DNA from: Chara braunii
Taxonomy: Eukaryota; Plantae; Charophyceae
DNA length: 64,000 nucleotides
Assembly (NCBI GenBank): GCA_003427395.1
Contig: BFEA01000004.1
Span: forward strand, 6,861,526-6,925,525
Direction: 5' to 3'
Position numbers and translations under genes: made by a program. The notes beneath the pieces were generated by a model, which worked only from the letters and a program-made list of their open reading frames with translations, did not search any database and was not told the origin of the DNA. Positions 23,712 to 38,800 of this stretch are shown here, one piece after another. The stretch's first letter is position 1. Every line of letters starts with the position of its first letter.

Positions 23712-26700
23712 CTGCTTCCACAAAAATTAAAGCAAACCCATCACGTACCAATCACTTAGACCCAGTTTCACTTCCCCTTGAAAACCCCAAACTCACTGCA
23801 CAGCACGATTCCATATATAAATCCCTTTCTGCGCAGCTACTTAACAGTGCCTTGGTTCCGCAAATCCTGTGTGCACACTGCGACTTCGGAGAAGGAAACT
23901 TAATCAAATGATGTTCACAACAGCACTAGCACGAAGGCATTCATTCGCAGCACTAGCCAACATCACAAATCACTAAACAATGACAAATCATTAAACACAA
24001 GGCAATCAAATCAATATGGCTGATCACTTGCCAACTGATTTGATTCCCAAGGCAATCAAATCAATATGCGGTCACCATCAGCCTGTCCAAGTGGCCACAG
24101 CCAGGCAAAAAGTTGTGGCTGAGCATGTCACCTGGTGAAGTCTTTAACCCAGCACAACCTTCGTGAGGCACAAAAATGAGACTTGAGATGTGAAGGCCTT
24201 AGTGTTAGCATGAGTACACCCCTGGCCACACTTCGCTCTCGCACACGCACACATGTCTTGTTGGTTTTGTTGATTATACACGCACACGCATGCACCACAC
24301 GCACACACACACATATGTCTTGTTGGTTTTGTTGATTATACACGGCCCAATTCTTTGCCCTGCTTTACAGCATGGGCTGTTTGGATGTTTACGAGTGACC
24401 ACGAGTTCTCTTTGGGGGGAATATGTGTTTTGTGGGCCGGGGTGGAAGCCTCGAAGGCTTTCCCAGCTTTTTTGGACCCTTAGCAGGGGGGGGTCGGTGC
24501 ATTCTTGCAGGAGGAGTTTTATGTCTTAGGTAAGTTCTCTTATCTTCTTCCGCCTTTTTGGCAGTGAGGCGAGTGTGTAGTTTGAGATGAATGTCGGGAA
24601 TGCCAATGCTGTTATGTTTGATTGTTTTAGGTGAATGCGTTTTTGGTTTTGTGGGCCAATGCGGAAGGCTCTCCGAGTTTTTTTGGACCTTTGAGGTAAG
24701 TTTGAGTGTGTAGTTTGAGATGAATGTCGGGAACGCCAATGCTCTTATGTCGGGTCGGTGCCTTCTTGCTGGAGTAGTCTTCTGTCTTAGGTAAGTTGCC
24801 TTCGGCCCTCCATCCCCTTATGGTTTGGAATACATAGGTATACATATGTATTATGTATATGTGCAAGTGTGCCGCCAACGGGTGTGTGGGCGTTGGTGCT
24901 GAACCACACAAACATGACCAACCTTGCATCTTCTATTATATTGCCCATCTATACTTTTTCGTTATGGATGGCTTGTGATGATTTGTGAAGGGAATAAAAG
25001 AGAGAATACGGGGTCTTTTAAAACAACACACACGCACACACGCCTAATGGCCAGCCTTGCACTCTCTTTATTTATCACCTGTGGATTCCGTGCAAATTTG
25101 GTATTGATATCACATGATTCTATAAAAGATGGGACAAAACCAACCACCCAATCCCATTCCTCCTCCCCCATGCACACACACCACAGTGTTTGGAAGTACG
25201 CTCATGACCTGCTGCAATTGCACTAGGCGACGCACTGAAAGTCCAGTGACAGACACATTTGACAGAGAGAATAGGCCGGGAGAAACATGAGGGGCCTTGA
25301 CAGGCAGCGACATCTGCTGCCCTCCATGGCCCACCAGATGGGCACCATCCCATGGTACATCTGAAGTCCAAGCACTCTATAAGCAGATGCAGAACTCTAC
25401 AGACAGTCCAGCTGAACCCAGACTCGGGAACTTAGAAGCCATGCTACCAGCTGAGCGACTTGGTCTGGCTGTCTTCCCCAGTGGCCAGTCAGGCGACTGA
25501 GATCGGCCAGGTCAGACCAAGGTGCCTGACAGCCCCAGCAAAAAATGAACAGTAGTACCTCGCCCAGTGTTGGGAAATTAGGGAAAACTGCCAGTTTTCC
25601 CAAACTCCTGAAAGTTCCGAGGTCGGGCCCGACGACGGCCGCCATTGATAAATCTGATCGGCGCCGGTCATTTCGTTTCGGCCATCTGAAAAGGTCGGAG
25701 GCCCACCCGAGGCCCGCTATTTTCCCACGCGGCAAAGGTACTAGTGGTTATTGTTGTGTAGCATTCTAGGTTACCAGCTGGGCCGCCCGGGTTGCCTCAG
25801 ATTGGCCCAGGTGGCCACGGCCGGGCGAGGTCGAGGCAAAGGCCGAGTCAAGGTTCCGGGCATTCCCAGCGCAAAAAAAAAAAAAAAAAAAAAAAAAGAC
25901 CATAAAAAAAAATCTGAAGAAAAGAATTATGTCATGCAGAGTTGCAAACCAAACAACTTTTGGCTTAGGGTCACGCTGAAATTTGTTATGAAATCTGGGG
26001 AAAAAAAAAAAAACACAATTTAAAATTATATGATACCCCTATAAGTCCCTTTAAGCCCCTTCAAACCCTTTCAAACCCCAATAATACCCCATAGACACCC
26101 TTCGGTGAGACCACCAAATACAAAAATAAGGCCAGATTTGCGCACATCTCAGTGGGCACAAAATTGCCCCACTGGCCAGAAAAAAAACTAAAAATTAACC
26201 CCCCTCGGTTCTTGTGAACCATCCGTTGTCCTCGGTCGGGTTCCTGATAAGCGAACCTAACCTTGTACTGTTTCTGCGGACGACCTCTACCTCCAGTGTT
26301 GAACACATCCGCATCCACAATGCGGTCTATTTCATATGTGCCCTCCATATCCGACGGAATCATCGATCGACGTGATGGAAACTGCTGACGGGTGACACAA
26401 GGCAATAACTCGGACGCATGGAAGACTGGGTATGTGTGGAGGTGTGGTGGAATCTCTATCGTGTAGGAAGGTCCGTCCTCTCCACCTTTAACTTTTAGGA
26501 CAGGCCATGGTCCCCTATACCCGGGTAACAGCTTTTGTGAGATGTTCTCTTCTGGGGCGAACTCCTTTGACTTTACCCAGACTAAATCACCTACCTGGAA
26601 CTGTGATGGCTGACGATGTTTGTTAGCTTGTTCTATCATCCTGTGTTGAGCCTTTCTCAGATTGTCGGTCACCCTCTCAATTTCCTTTTCATGGTGCAAC

Positions 26701-29700
26701 CCTCTCAATTTCCTTTTCATGGTGCAACGCAAACTCTCTAGTTCTGGATTGTAGTCTCTGTGCTTGGTCTGGATTCAGTCCTTCGAACGGCCTAAGTGGT
26801 CTAAAGGACTTGTGCGGGTCATTGGGAGTTCGGCAAGTAGCTAGATGGATACTGTTATTGTCAGCACTAGCACCTTTGGGAAGCATCTCATCCCAGTTGG
26901 TCTGATCTGGTCTAATATACATCCTGAGTATCTGCTGCAGGATCTTGTTCATCTGTTCAGTCTGACCGTTAGTATCTGGATGACCGCCAGATGACATCAA
27001 CAACTTAAGAGCCATAGACTCTCATCAGTTCCTACCAGTTCTGACTGGTAAACCGTGTGTCTCTATCACCAACTATAGATAGCTGAATACCATGTTCACT
27101 TACCCAGGAATCAAAAAACTTTTCTATAACTAACTCCGTGCGTGCCTCTGAAGGCAAAGGAACAAAAAATGCGTACTTGTGAAAACGATCTACAATAACC
27201 ATGACTTGGCTCTTGCCATGCCTACTCCTAACCCCGGCATCCATGAAATCAATGGACACAGACTCTCCGGGTCCCGAAGGGATAGGCAAGGGTCTGAGAA
27301 GACCTAATGGGGCTCATGTCGTAGTCTTGTTGCGTTGACACACCTTACAACTGCGTACATATTCTATGCAGTCGGCTTTCATGCCAGGCCACGTATAGGA
27401 ACGTACGAGGTTGGCCAAAGTCTTTTGCCAGCCAAAGTGTCCCTCTGTGTCATGGCATTCCCCTAAGATCAAACTCCGGATCTCTTCACTGTTGGGGATG
27501 AACAGTATATCTACGACATCTGTCTTCTCAAACAATAACCCGTGCGTGTACTAGGGGCGCACGCGACTGATAACAACGAGCGCGGACGGCTGGCGCGCGC
27601 GAAGTAGAGAGGGCGGGCACAAGCAACGAGCGATGCACGGGTAATGGCAGCGCACAGCGGGGCACGTGGAAACCAAGCGTGCACGTTTGCGCGATCTAGC
27701 GCACAGAGCTATGGCCGTCGGCAACAGCAATGGCGATGGTGGTGACGACAAGCGATGGCGATCGGCGATGACAACGACGACGGCGGTCGCGATGACAACG
27801 ACGATGGCGATGGCGACAGCGGCGGAACAACGGGGACCTGCTCCAATACCAATGAAAAAAGACTTGTACGTGGCCAGGAACACAGTTCAGATTCAATTTG
27901 TCCCGAATGGCTATGGCGCCCAGAGCCCACAAAGATTCCCACCCGATCANCTGTGTCCACCAGCAACTTCTTCGCACACACACACACTCTCACTCGCTAA
28001 CTAGAATCCCCCTGAATGTCCAACACGCATACACACACACACGACACACGACACACTGCTCCTATCACTAACCTACGTGGCAGCTATGGCCGCCGTCTCT
28101 CTCCTACTAACTCGCGGCTATGGCCGCTTCTTCCTCCTCTTAGCCCTCTTCGTCCTCAGGCACCTGCAGACCTTCGATACACAAGACGCTCCTACAGCGC
28201 TTCCGCACAGCTCACAGGCAGAATGAATGAATGACTTGACGCTGCCTCTTTATTTATACTTCGGATCATCGGTGGTCTGGCCTCTTGACCTGGGCCCAGG
28301 ATGTACACAGCCCCATATGGTACTTGCTCACTAGACTGGGTGAGACCGGGACTGCGTGCCGCTGACTAGGCTAAGTAGGACTGGGACTGCCCTTTGCTGA
28401 CTGTACTAGGACTGCCCCTCACTGACTTGGCTACGGACTGCCTCCTACGACCTACCAAGAGCCAGATAGATTAGTCTAGAAGGTCCTAGACTTGACCTTT
28501 CAGGACTATAGCAGCTATGACCTAAATTGACCCTACGACAGGTCAAGTCCACGCGACGGACTATGTACACCAGTCAGAACATACGACTTTTAAGGAATAG
28601 GTCGTGGGTTCAAACACACGGGGTCAAACGGGTACTGTACAATGGCAAGGGAAGGTCTAGAGATTGAGCCCTGGGATCTACATCTGTCACCGCTGTAGGT
28701 GAAAACCGTTTCACCCCACCATTTATACCCCCAAAACAGAACAACGATTACACAGGCACAATCTAAATCCCATCTATAACCCCCAAACCCGACCTAGATT
28801 AGCCATCACCAAATTGAAAAACATGGCTGATTTCTAACTTCTCACAGTAACCGGATATCCGACGAGAGTCAGGTTTTTGACCCGTTTTTCTGTTCTTTTT
28901 CTTTTGCCAGTTTGACCTGTCTTGTTTTCCCAATTGCTCATCTGTGCCTAATTGACTTCCCCATGATCCAGACTTCAAGACACAAAGACAGTTAAACCAT
29001 CAGTACCTCTTTTCTCCAGCAGCACACTTTTTTACTTTTTTGGCTGGTGCCATCAGCCATTTTGCTCCGGTAACACTGTTCATCCGAAGAACCCAGATTG
29101 TCGCCATTTTTGATTCTCAAGTTCACCTGGGCGCCCGGGTGAGGTACTGGTGGTTTAAGATGCATTGCATGGCGGCCAGTCTGGCCTGTAAATCTGGGCA
29201 ATAACCGACTTCAATGCGAGCTGCATTGGCACGACACTGCCGGGGGGTAGATCCAAGAAAATATCTGAATTGCATTCTGGAGTGGCACTACCATAGACGT
29301 GCGTGCAACATGAGACCTTGATGTGTAATGACTAGGTCGTTCCATCGCACCTTGACCGATATGTAACGACCAGATAGGAGTTCATTAAACAGATTTACAG
29401 TACTGTTTCTCTAGCGGTACTGGTTTATGAATCACCACATATACGCATCAAGCAAGCTCAGGATTCAACCCACCTCTCTGAAATGCAAGCTCTCTCTGTA
29501 GTTCTTCTTCCCACAGCTGTTTCTTCGAAGACCCTCTTGTCACACTGAAAGAAAAACGAGGTTACCACACATGTTAGTCTTGTTGCAGTTTGAAGAGTTG
29601 GATCACTGGGACATGAGGGTGGGAGGAGGATAGAAAAGTATAATGCTCGTATGTATTTAGCACGTGCCAATGCCATTATTAGACAAACTGTACTTCCGAG

Positions 29701-29823
29701 GCACTTTTCTCTGAACCTGGAAATGCCCTGCACGTCGCACGCCAAAAAAAAACAGAACGACGCCAGCCTCCTTTTAATTTGGACCATTTCTCGATTTATG
29801 CGTGTCATCCTTGTGCAGGGGCC

Positions 29824-29855
<32 letters not shown>

Positions 29856-32800
29856 CCGGATGTCCCGAAGGATGACACCAGCCTCCTTTTGGCTGGCGCC
29901 ACCAGCCATTTTGGTCCGGTCCCCGTATCCCCCCGGAAGTTGCGGCCGTAAACGAGCTGCACATTTGTTTTTCAAGCAGGGAAACGTACTGGTGGCTCAA
30001 CTTACAAGAGCTTGACAGACAGTCGAACAGGGCAACAGAGCAATCACTTGTGAAATTACCTGCCAGGTGATCGCCTCATGATGAACAGGGCGACAGAGCA
30101 ATCACTTGTGAAATTACCTGCCAGGTGATCACCTCATGATGGTCACTATCCTCAACAAACTACACAATGGCAAGCATGGCTTAGCGATGATGCAGTAAGG
30201 CCACCTGCATGCTGGATTGTTCTTATAAGGACAGAGAACTCACAAATTCATCCTGTGAAAATGAGAAAATAACAAAGAAAGGACATTAGCCTGAGGGATA
30301 CTACTTTGTGCTCGATCCCCCAAGTGGCAGAGACTGGAAGGAGACATTGTTGTCAGGTCCTTCATTATGATGTCCAAAAAACTCGCTGACAGTTGAGACT
30401 GCAGCGAAGGAGATCTCATGCATGTTTGGGAAAGAAAGCCTCGGAAAAGACAGAAATCTTGGCAGAAATCTTGGCACGCCAGCCTGTCCAGGTTAGAAGC
30501 TCCGAGGATTATGCTCCCTTGTGTAGACGATAGATGTGCACTCCTCCAGATGAAAACCTCTTCACTCTGATGGCAACCAACCATTTCTTTTGCAAGTTGG
30601 CCGATCAAAATGTTGAAAATGTCAAAAGCTCTCCACCCTGTCCTCCGGGACATCAATTAAACTTGGCGCGATACAGAGAAGATTAGCATGGCCCCTGCAC
30701 AAGGATGACACTCGTAAATCAAGAAATGTCCCAACCCCACTCCCCCGCCCTCCCCTGTGTAGACGACAGATGTGCACTCCTCCAGATGAAAACCTCTTCA
30801 CTCTGATGGCAACCAACCATTTCTTTTGCAATTGGCCAAAATGGCGACCCCTCACTCAAAATGTTGAAAATGTCAAAAGCTCTCCCCCCTGTCCTCCGGG
30901 ACATCAATTAAACTTGGAGCGATACAGAGAAGATTAGCATGACCCCTGCACAAGGATGGCACTCGTAAATCAAGAAATGTTCCAACCCCACTCCCCCGCC
31001 CTCCCCCCTTCTCCCCTTTTGCCTCCAGAGGAAGACAAAAACCTCCCTGCTTCCCGGCTAGTGTCACCCTGTCATACTATATAGGTCATTGGGACAGTGA
31101 GCTATCTCAAGCACACAGGGAAGACAGTGATATGATCTTGGGGTGAACACTGCCCTGTTTCCATTTTGATGCAAATGGTCACCCCATGTCTTCTCTTGCT
31201 TCCTTTCTACCCTGCTCCCAACAACCATCCCTCTCGCCCTCTGCATCAATCCTTTCCATGAGCATCAGGTGTGGAAGAAAAGAACTAAAAATGGAGAGGG
31301 CACACCCAAACATACATCACACGCAAAAAGCAGATGAAATGAGCAACAAGGGGGGTTGCACACCGAATAGAAAGGGGGGATCGGGAAGTGAATGAGAAGA
31401 AGGGTGCTACCTCTCCGGTGGGATCAAGGCCTCATGTTCAGGTACAGCTGCCACAGGCCCACGATCCAATGGCAACAACCCAGACCCATCACCACCACTT
31501 AGAGAGAGCTGTCGTGCGCCTCCGTGATTCCGAGATGCCACTGGATTAGGAGACACACTTTCCGCATTCACTCCCTGTTCTGCTGCACCTGTGTTTGTGG
31601 CGATCCTTCCACCCACAGATGCATCACTCTCTCTACTGCTCCTCACTGCAGCACCTGTGCTTACTGCTCCACCACCTGGGCTCATGACATTTGTTAGACG
31701 GCTTCCTGATGTTGATCTGGAGTGCCTTCTAGCTCCACCAGGTGACTGCGGTGAGGGATGAACAGGGGGGGGTGATGAAAGACGACGTGGCCCTGGGGTC
31801 TGCGGGTCTTCATTGGGTCCAAACCCATTTGAAGCCCCTGCTGTCTCGCAGATGCTATGGACACTGACAAATTCTTCTAAAAGTGGCGTCTGAAGACGCT
31901 TCAGCTCCATTGCCTGGCCATGTTTGGAATTACAGAGAACACAGACAAATGCCAATCAGTCATGTGCTGCTCGGATTAACCATTCGCATGTATAATAAAC
32001 TGATGCACAACATTGACTGGACCGGGGCTTAAACGGACCCAAGCTAAGGGATTGAATCATTGAACCGACTGCAGACACAGCAAGGCAATAACAGACGAGT
32101 ATAGAGTCTACTATAGACTGAAGGCTCAATAGCAGACAGCCCATGGACCTCAACAACATCGAGCAAAATGCGGAAATGAGGTCACTTCACAGAATAATCA
32201 TGGGAAAGGCAGGGATAACACACTTCAACACTGCAGATGAGAATAACAGCCGTCTGGACGAAAGGACAGTTTTTTGTAGCCAAGAGATCTTCGAGAAACG
32301 CATCTCAAAGGACATTTTTTCAGCAGTTCAAGCTCACACCAGGACCAACTTCACTCTGCTTTCTTGTGTGCCTAAAATGAATACATATTACATACTACAT
32401 AGATAACAGGATAGTTCCATAGGCTCAGACCATGCCAAGGAGAACAGGACCAAGCAAGAAAGTTTCACGACATGGGATGCACAGCACTCTTTCACGATGT
32501 GGGTAACTGAATCGACCACACCTTGATAACAACGAGATGGGGATTCACCAGTGACAGAATGACTAAGCGTAAGATTTCAGAAGTTGTGAGCATAATGACT
32601 TTTTGAGCCCTCCCGGCCCTTCTGGATCATCTGCATCCTTCTCTGCAGCAAGTCACCCAAGACTTCCTCACAGCGTTCACAAATGTGACCTTCCAGTGTC
32701 CTCATCCTCGTAACCCTCTTTCTTCTCCTTGCCTGAGTGGAATCATGACCGCTTTGCAATTCCAAGAGAAGACAGCCGCTGCCAATCACGCGTCTGTATA

Positions 32801-35800
32801 ATCATAACCTTTTCATCTTCTCCTGGACACGAGCAAAGCACATTCAGCTGTTTCCATTGGCTCAAACATCTCTATTAGCAGGATTTTGCAGCAAATTGTT
32901 ATGTCTCTGAGATTCATTCAGAGCTACTGGACCAGGCTACAGCTGCACAACAGAGTGTCTCACCTTCTCTTCCAGGAAGGTAAGTATCTTTTCTTCTGTA
33001 ACTTCGTCATCATCATCCGGCACGCCACAGCTGGAAGACGTCACTGGGGCGGCAATCGCTTCTCGATTGGGAACAGCTACCCCATTGGCCACAGGGTTTG
33101 GCCCACCTACCCCGACTCTCTCAGCCCACCTACGTTGTTGTACTTCACCTTCTTCAGCCAAGTTGTGCCACTGAAACATTGCTCCATCCTCCCTCAGGGA
33201 TGGCTCTTCGACGGGATTCATATCACTCTGTTCCATACAAGTACAATCAACGTATGCACGAGTCATGATCGCCGAGTGTGGCTTCACATACATGACATAA
33301 ACAGTTATGAACAGAACGGAAAGATGTATGGAAGGACAGATCAATAGGCAACGATGCAGAAAGGCAGATAGACACACAGGCACACAGATAGGTCGATCTT
33401 GCAACCGAATCCTTACTTAGGCACACCAATAAATCCCCTCAGAATCTGTGGATGCCCTGTCACCCTTCTTGAAACACCCCCTGAGCCACTTGACATCATG
33501 CCACTGAAGATCCATTCTCTTGCACAGCTGCCATCCAACCACTAGCCATCCACAACTCTCGCTATTACACATCTCTCCAGTCCACAGCGCTGTTCCATAC
33601 AAATACGTTCAATTTTTGCATCGAGTCATGACTGCTCAGTACCGCTCACCTACACGACTGAAACCGTTACAAACAGACATAAAGATGAATGGAAGAGCAG
33701 GTCGCTAGCCAACGATACTGACAGGCAGATAGACAGAATGGAACACAGAGGGGTATAAGGCCTGTTAGACTTCTCAAGAACCTCCCTTAGTCACTACACA
33801 TCATGCCATTGAATGATCATTCTCTTGTACAGCTGCTATCCAATCCCCAACCCAACATAACTCTCCCTGTTACCCACCTCCCAGCCCATAGCCATAGCCA
33901 TTGAGGTCACTCCAGCCCACTCTTGTGACCCTCCTCCATAAAATTATCACCTGCTAGATCCACCCTCTGAAACCCTTTACACAACCCTGCTGAGCCCGTC
34001 TTGACGGACCCTGACCTCTGTCGCATGCTTGGGCCTCCCACACCGGGTCAGGGGACCCGGACATTTCTTGGGGCAGTCCCTCTGAGCCTTTTCAAGACCT
34101 ACGATCGGCTGAAAGGGGCTGGGCGATCATGAGCCCGAGGCGAGTGAGTTCCGGCGGGTGATTATTTTCTTGGTACCCAGTTCAGATTTATTCAGTTTGC
34201 CTTGTTTTCCATTCCTGCATATCCTGTTGGCGAGCAGTACAGAACTTGTGTTGGCCAGCTTGTTTATGAAGCTCAGCCAAAGTTTGGCCACACGACCTCT
34301 TGGACAAAGAACCAGATCCTTGGCCCACGCTCATCTCTTTCCTTCCTCCCTGGTGGTTTCCCACCCACCTAGCCACCTGTGCATCTATCCACCCTTACAC
34401 CACCTCTCCCACCCATTTGTTTGTCCATTTTCCGCTGCCAAAGGATAGGATTGCCGATCCTGCCATTTCCGCCTACCCAGCAAGAGGCACGGTTCAAAGG
34501 GCGGCATGTACCAGACACATGTACAGCAACAAAATAAGTCACCGAAGAACAGTGGCTATTTGAGCAAGATAATGCATTACCGTTATCCAACGGCCTACTA
34601 GCCGTTGGATAGCTCTTTTTCCCTGTCAGTAACAGCTTGTGATGAAACACCGATGCAAAACCTCACTGGTACAATCAGATTCACACCAAGCCTTCCCAAT
34701 AGCCATTCAATATTGCTTGAGTGACGAGACTTTTATGTTAGCAGAACATGTCAGACGTTCCCCAGATCCGTATATGTGTTGCGCATGTGAGTGATAATCA
34801 CAATCCGATGTTCTGGGAGCTGTAGATCACATCTTACCAGTGGGTTAGCTTACTGGAGAAATGGGCCTCACAGATGATTGGAGAGTTGGAACATACCCGC
34901 AAGGAGAGGTTATAGTCCAAGTTCATTCCTGGAGGGAAGGCTGACGTCATGCTGTTGACGGAATCGAGACCAAGTCCCTGCTGGGGAAAATCGCCAGTTC
35001 GGCTGCTGGCTGATGGTTTGCTTCCTGCATGCACATCTCCTGCCCACCGGTTACCTCGACTTTGACCATGCAAGGAAACCTGCTTATTCGGATCCATGGA
35101 GTCCAGTGCAGGTCTCAATGAACCCAACTCGGATTGCGCAATCTGCATGCTCGGGGTATCAACCGCTGAAAGGTAGCCCCTTCACACAGACACAGATCCA
35201 TCACAATGAAAACATTTCAGAACGCACAACTCAATTCCGCTTGACCTTTGGGTGCCTTAAACGGCATACAAATGTCGTGAGAGAAAGTAATGGAACTCTA
35301 GCAAACGCAACAAAATGCAAGCCAGAAAAAAAAAAACTCTGAAGTCATAGATGATTGGACGGAGACTGACAGAGCCCACAAGCTGACAAAAACTAGGGTA
35401 CTTGACAGTCTCTCAGCTCCATCACCAGGGCGAGAGGAAATGACATATCGAAAAACAACAAAAACACATCAGCTAAAAACACTGAGGGACGTATGATCAC
35501 CAACAGTGACGCACTCATGAACCAAGAGTGCGTGTGGAAACAGTTGTGGAAGGACATAAGGCATACGCAGACATCCTTGACTACCGCCAAGTTCATGCCT
35601 GGATACAGAGTGCATGCTTGCAGCTCGTTACTTAACGTATATAATGCAACACACTAGAAGGAAGTGATGGTAGAAGATGAGGTAATCAGTGATGATGCCA
35701 GTCCAAGATGTCAAGATCCCGATTTTCACAGATATTTACTAGAGCAATAACAGTTACCAGCTATTACCAATACATATCAACGCAAGTCACTGCTAGAAAG

Positions 35801-38800
35801 AAAGCACAAGAATGGTAGAGTTCCTCCTCTCCAAGATCAAAGTTCTCCTTCGGAAGAAGTTTTCTAGGGAAAGGAAGGTGGCCAGGACCAAAAGTTTTAC
35901 GATGGTTAATAGTAACTTAATACCCACAGGGAATGGCATCATTATAGCAGGTGACTGGGTCAACGTGTTTAGTCCACAATTGTTTTAAGCTAGATAGTGA
36001 GGAGTTGGCCTAATGCGATTATTCTGCAGTTGAAGTGCAAATGCACAGTGGGAATTTAGGATTTTCTTGGCGCCGCGTATGAGAAAAAGTAGGGCACAAC
36101 TGCAAAAGGCCATTAAGAATTCTGCATCTTGCCACGTGAAGCACATAGTTGGTTCCATGCAGAACTTCAAAGACAGGGGAGGAGGAGGGGGGGGGGGGTT
36201 GTGCAGGCGGAGCAAACTTGTAATATAGCAACCAACCACATTAAGGCGGGGACGACTTTCCTTTGCTGACTGCTGTTTCTTTTTTTTTCTTTTTTTTTCT
36301 CTTTTTTTGGTCTTTTTTTTGGGGGGCCGTGGGGGGAGGTGGGGAGAGAACTGAAACGTAACAAGACAGTTCACCCCATGCAGAACTTCAAAGAGACTTG
36401 GTGGGGAGAACTGTATTTCCTTTGCTGACTACTTTTTTTGTGGGGTTGGGGGGAAGCCGGAGGGGATTGCCGGAAATGGGGTCCAGCGTCCCTTACGTCA
36501 ATAACCCACACAAAGCTTCCTTCCATTATGGCTGAAGGATCCTGAGACAGCGGCATTGATTTACTGACTGCTGATTATATTATGTGTTCATCTCTTGACC
36601 AATTGGTAACAGATAGAGGGAGCATGCAAACACACCTTGGGATAACATCGTTGTCAATAGAGTGTGTGATGCTGTTGGGTTGCCACTGCGCCTTAGAGCT
36701 GGCTGGCTGCCAATTGACCAAGACATAACCGAAGAGATTGCCGAAACACATTCCACAAAACGAAATAACCCAATGTCAGAAAACCGATCTGCTCGATGAA
36801 CATTGCACAACACTCTCGCACACCCACTTGACCACTGGATTTCCGACTTTCCACTTAGTTCTCCTATCGAAGAGATTTGCGGAAACACCGCCCACAAAAC
36901 CAAACTAGCCAATGTCACAAAACTGAGCTGCTGGATGAGCAATGCCTTCTCAAGCTCACTTGGCGATGGGATTTGTGACTTTTCACTCGTTTCACTTCCA
37001 GCTGTTTGTGAGTTGATCGCCACTGGCAAAGCATGAACCCGGGTAAGTCACTCCATAGTTCTTTTGATGGCAAAGAAGAAAAGGTGTATATTTCTTCCAA
37101 TATTGGCATTGAGACACATACATCGTCACATCTACTTTGATTGGTGTTCTTATGTGGCTTCCACACTCCACAGATCAGTGCCTCCACGACTCCTGTTCGT
37201 TGTTAGTTGACTAAGCAGCTGTCCTCTTTCCGAGGACAGCATGTCGAGGAGCAAACAAGCTTGATAAACAAAACACTACGTAGACTGGGGCCTACAGGAA
37301 TACAACGCCAGCACCCCCTCAGAGACAACCACAACGCTCACACTACGCCTTCATTGCATATAGGATCTGCTATTCACACGGGGGAAGGAAGGAAGGGAGG
37401 AAGGAAGGAAGGAAGGAAGGAAGGAAGGAAGGAAGGAAAGAAGGAAGGAAGGAAGGAAGGAAGGAAGGAAGGAAGGAAGGAAGGAAGGAAGGAAGGAAGG
37501 AAGGAAGGAAGGAAGGAAGGAAGGAAGGAAGGAANGAAGGAAGGAAGGAAGGAAGGAAGGAAGGAAGGAAGGAAGGAAGGAAGGAAGGAAGGAAGGAAGG
37601 AAGGAAGGAAGGAAGGAAGGAAGGAAGGAAAAATGAGAAGGGAAACATACCATGCCCTCTGAGCTCTCATAGATTGGTGGAGGTCGCATGTGCATAAGCA
37701 AACCATTCAAAGGAACCCGCTCTGACTGATAAACGTTCTCTGCCACAAAAGGATGCTGAAGTACATCAAACAGATCAGTCAAATGTCAGGACACAACTGA
37801 ACCACCATACCACTGCGCATCCAACTTAGAATTCAGTTGTGGGACCAGGGTCACAACCAACGTTGATGCAGAGGCAGCTACATTGCTGTCCTGCTAACCC
37901 ACCCAGCACAAACTGTAACATTAGCAACTGGACCCTGTCGACCCTGTACACCCTGTCAAGTGATACAGCAAAAGGGCAGGTCCCTGTTCCCTGAGCAGCA
38001 TTCCCTCTCCCCACGAACTGTAGAAATTAAACCCAATCGAGCGATAGACAAGACCAGCTACCATATGCAGGTTTCCGTGAGTCTTACACCCTTCACCCCT
38101 CGACCCTCCCTTGCAACCTTAGGATATCACAAACCATAAGTTACTCAACTTCTATGGGCTGTTCTGTCAGAGACGCTAGCAGAAACGAAGGCATGTTGAA
38201 TGCCAACCTCAGATGTCAACACAGAGGCATGCTGATGACCAATGCTTACTTCCTGACATCTGATTTGTAGCACAGCTGTAGCAATCGTATGTCAGTCAGT
38301 AAAGAGTCAAACAGTTTTTCCTTACCCCACCTTCAACAGCTCCCCTGCAGATGGCCTCTCTTTCGGATCCCTGAGCACAATTTAGTCACAAAGGGAAATA
38401 CGCAAGGAAAGGCATTCATTACCACAGTCAGTTCGAAAACGTTGTACAGATTCTAAAAGCCAGCTTCATACCTGTGGCGCACCGATGCGGTGCGCAACTC
38501 AGCTTCCATGCAACTCACAATGACTAGGCTAAGTGCGGCATAGTTAGAGCAGATACCAACCCTAAGCAGTCATCCACAAACGTGCACAGGCACACACAGA
38601 CACGCACACAGAGTAAGGTCATACAAACACTGAAACTGGGCTCAGTTATGTCAAATCACAACAGTGGACAGCCAATGGACGAACTCGACACCACCACAAA
38701 AAATGGGATGTTGAGGAGGAATAATGACCAAATTGAATCGTTCCCGAGGGAAGTAACCAATGCCGTCCACTGGGACCTCCCAGCCATAATGGGGAGGAGC

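Larger units (their letters stand above)
30514..31005 (+). repeat. Tandem duplication of a ~240-250 bp unit containing a U6 copy
   Basis: TGTGTAGACGA(T/C)AGATGTGCACTCCTCCAGATGAAAACC...U6...CCAACCCCACTCCCCCGCCCTCCCC occurs twice. Confidence 0.9.

Noticed and set aside
29776-29873. Functional U6 gene
   Set aside because: Sequence is near-intact, but it is TSD-flanked inside a MITE, with no USE/TATA upstream and no T-run terminator.
32405-32432. Resemblance to the U3 snoRNA 5' end (AACAGGATAGTTCCATAGGCTC)
   Set aside because: Too short, with no downstream boxes, tail or TSD.
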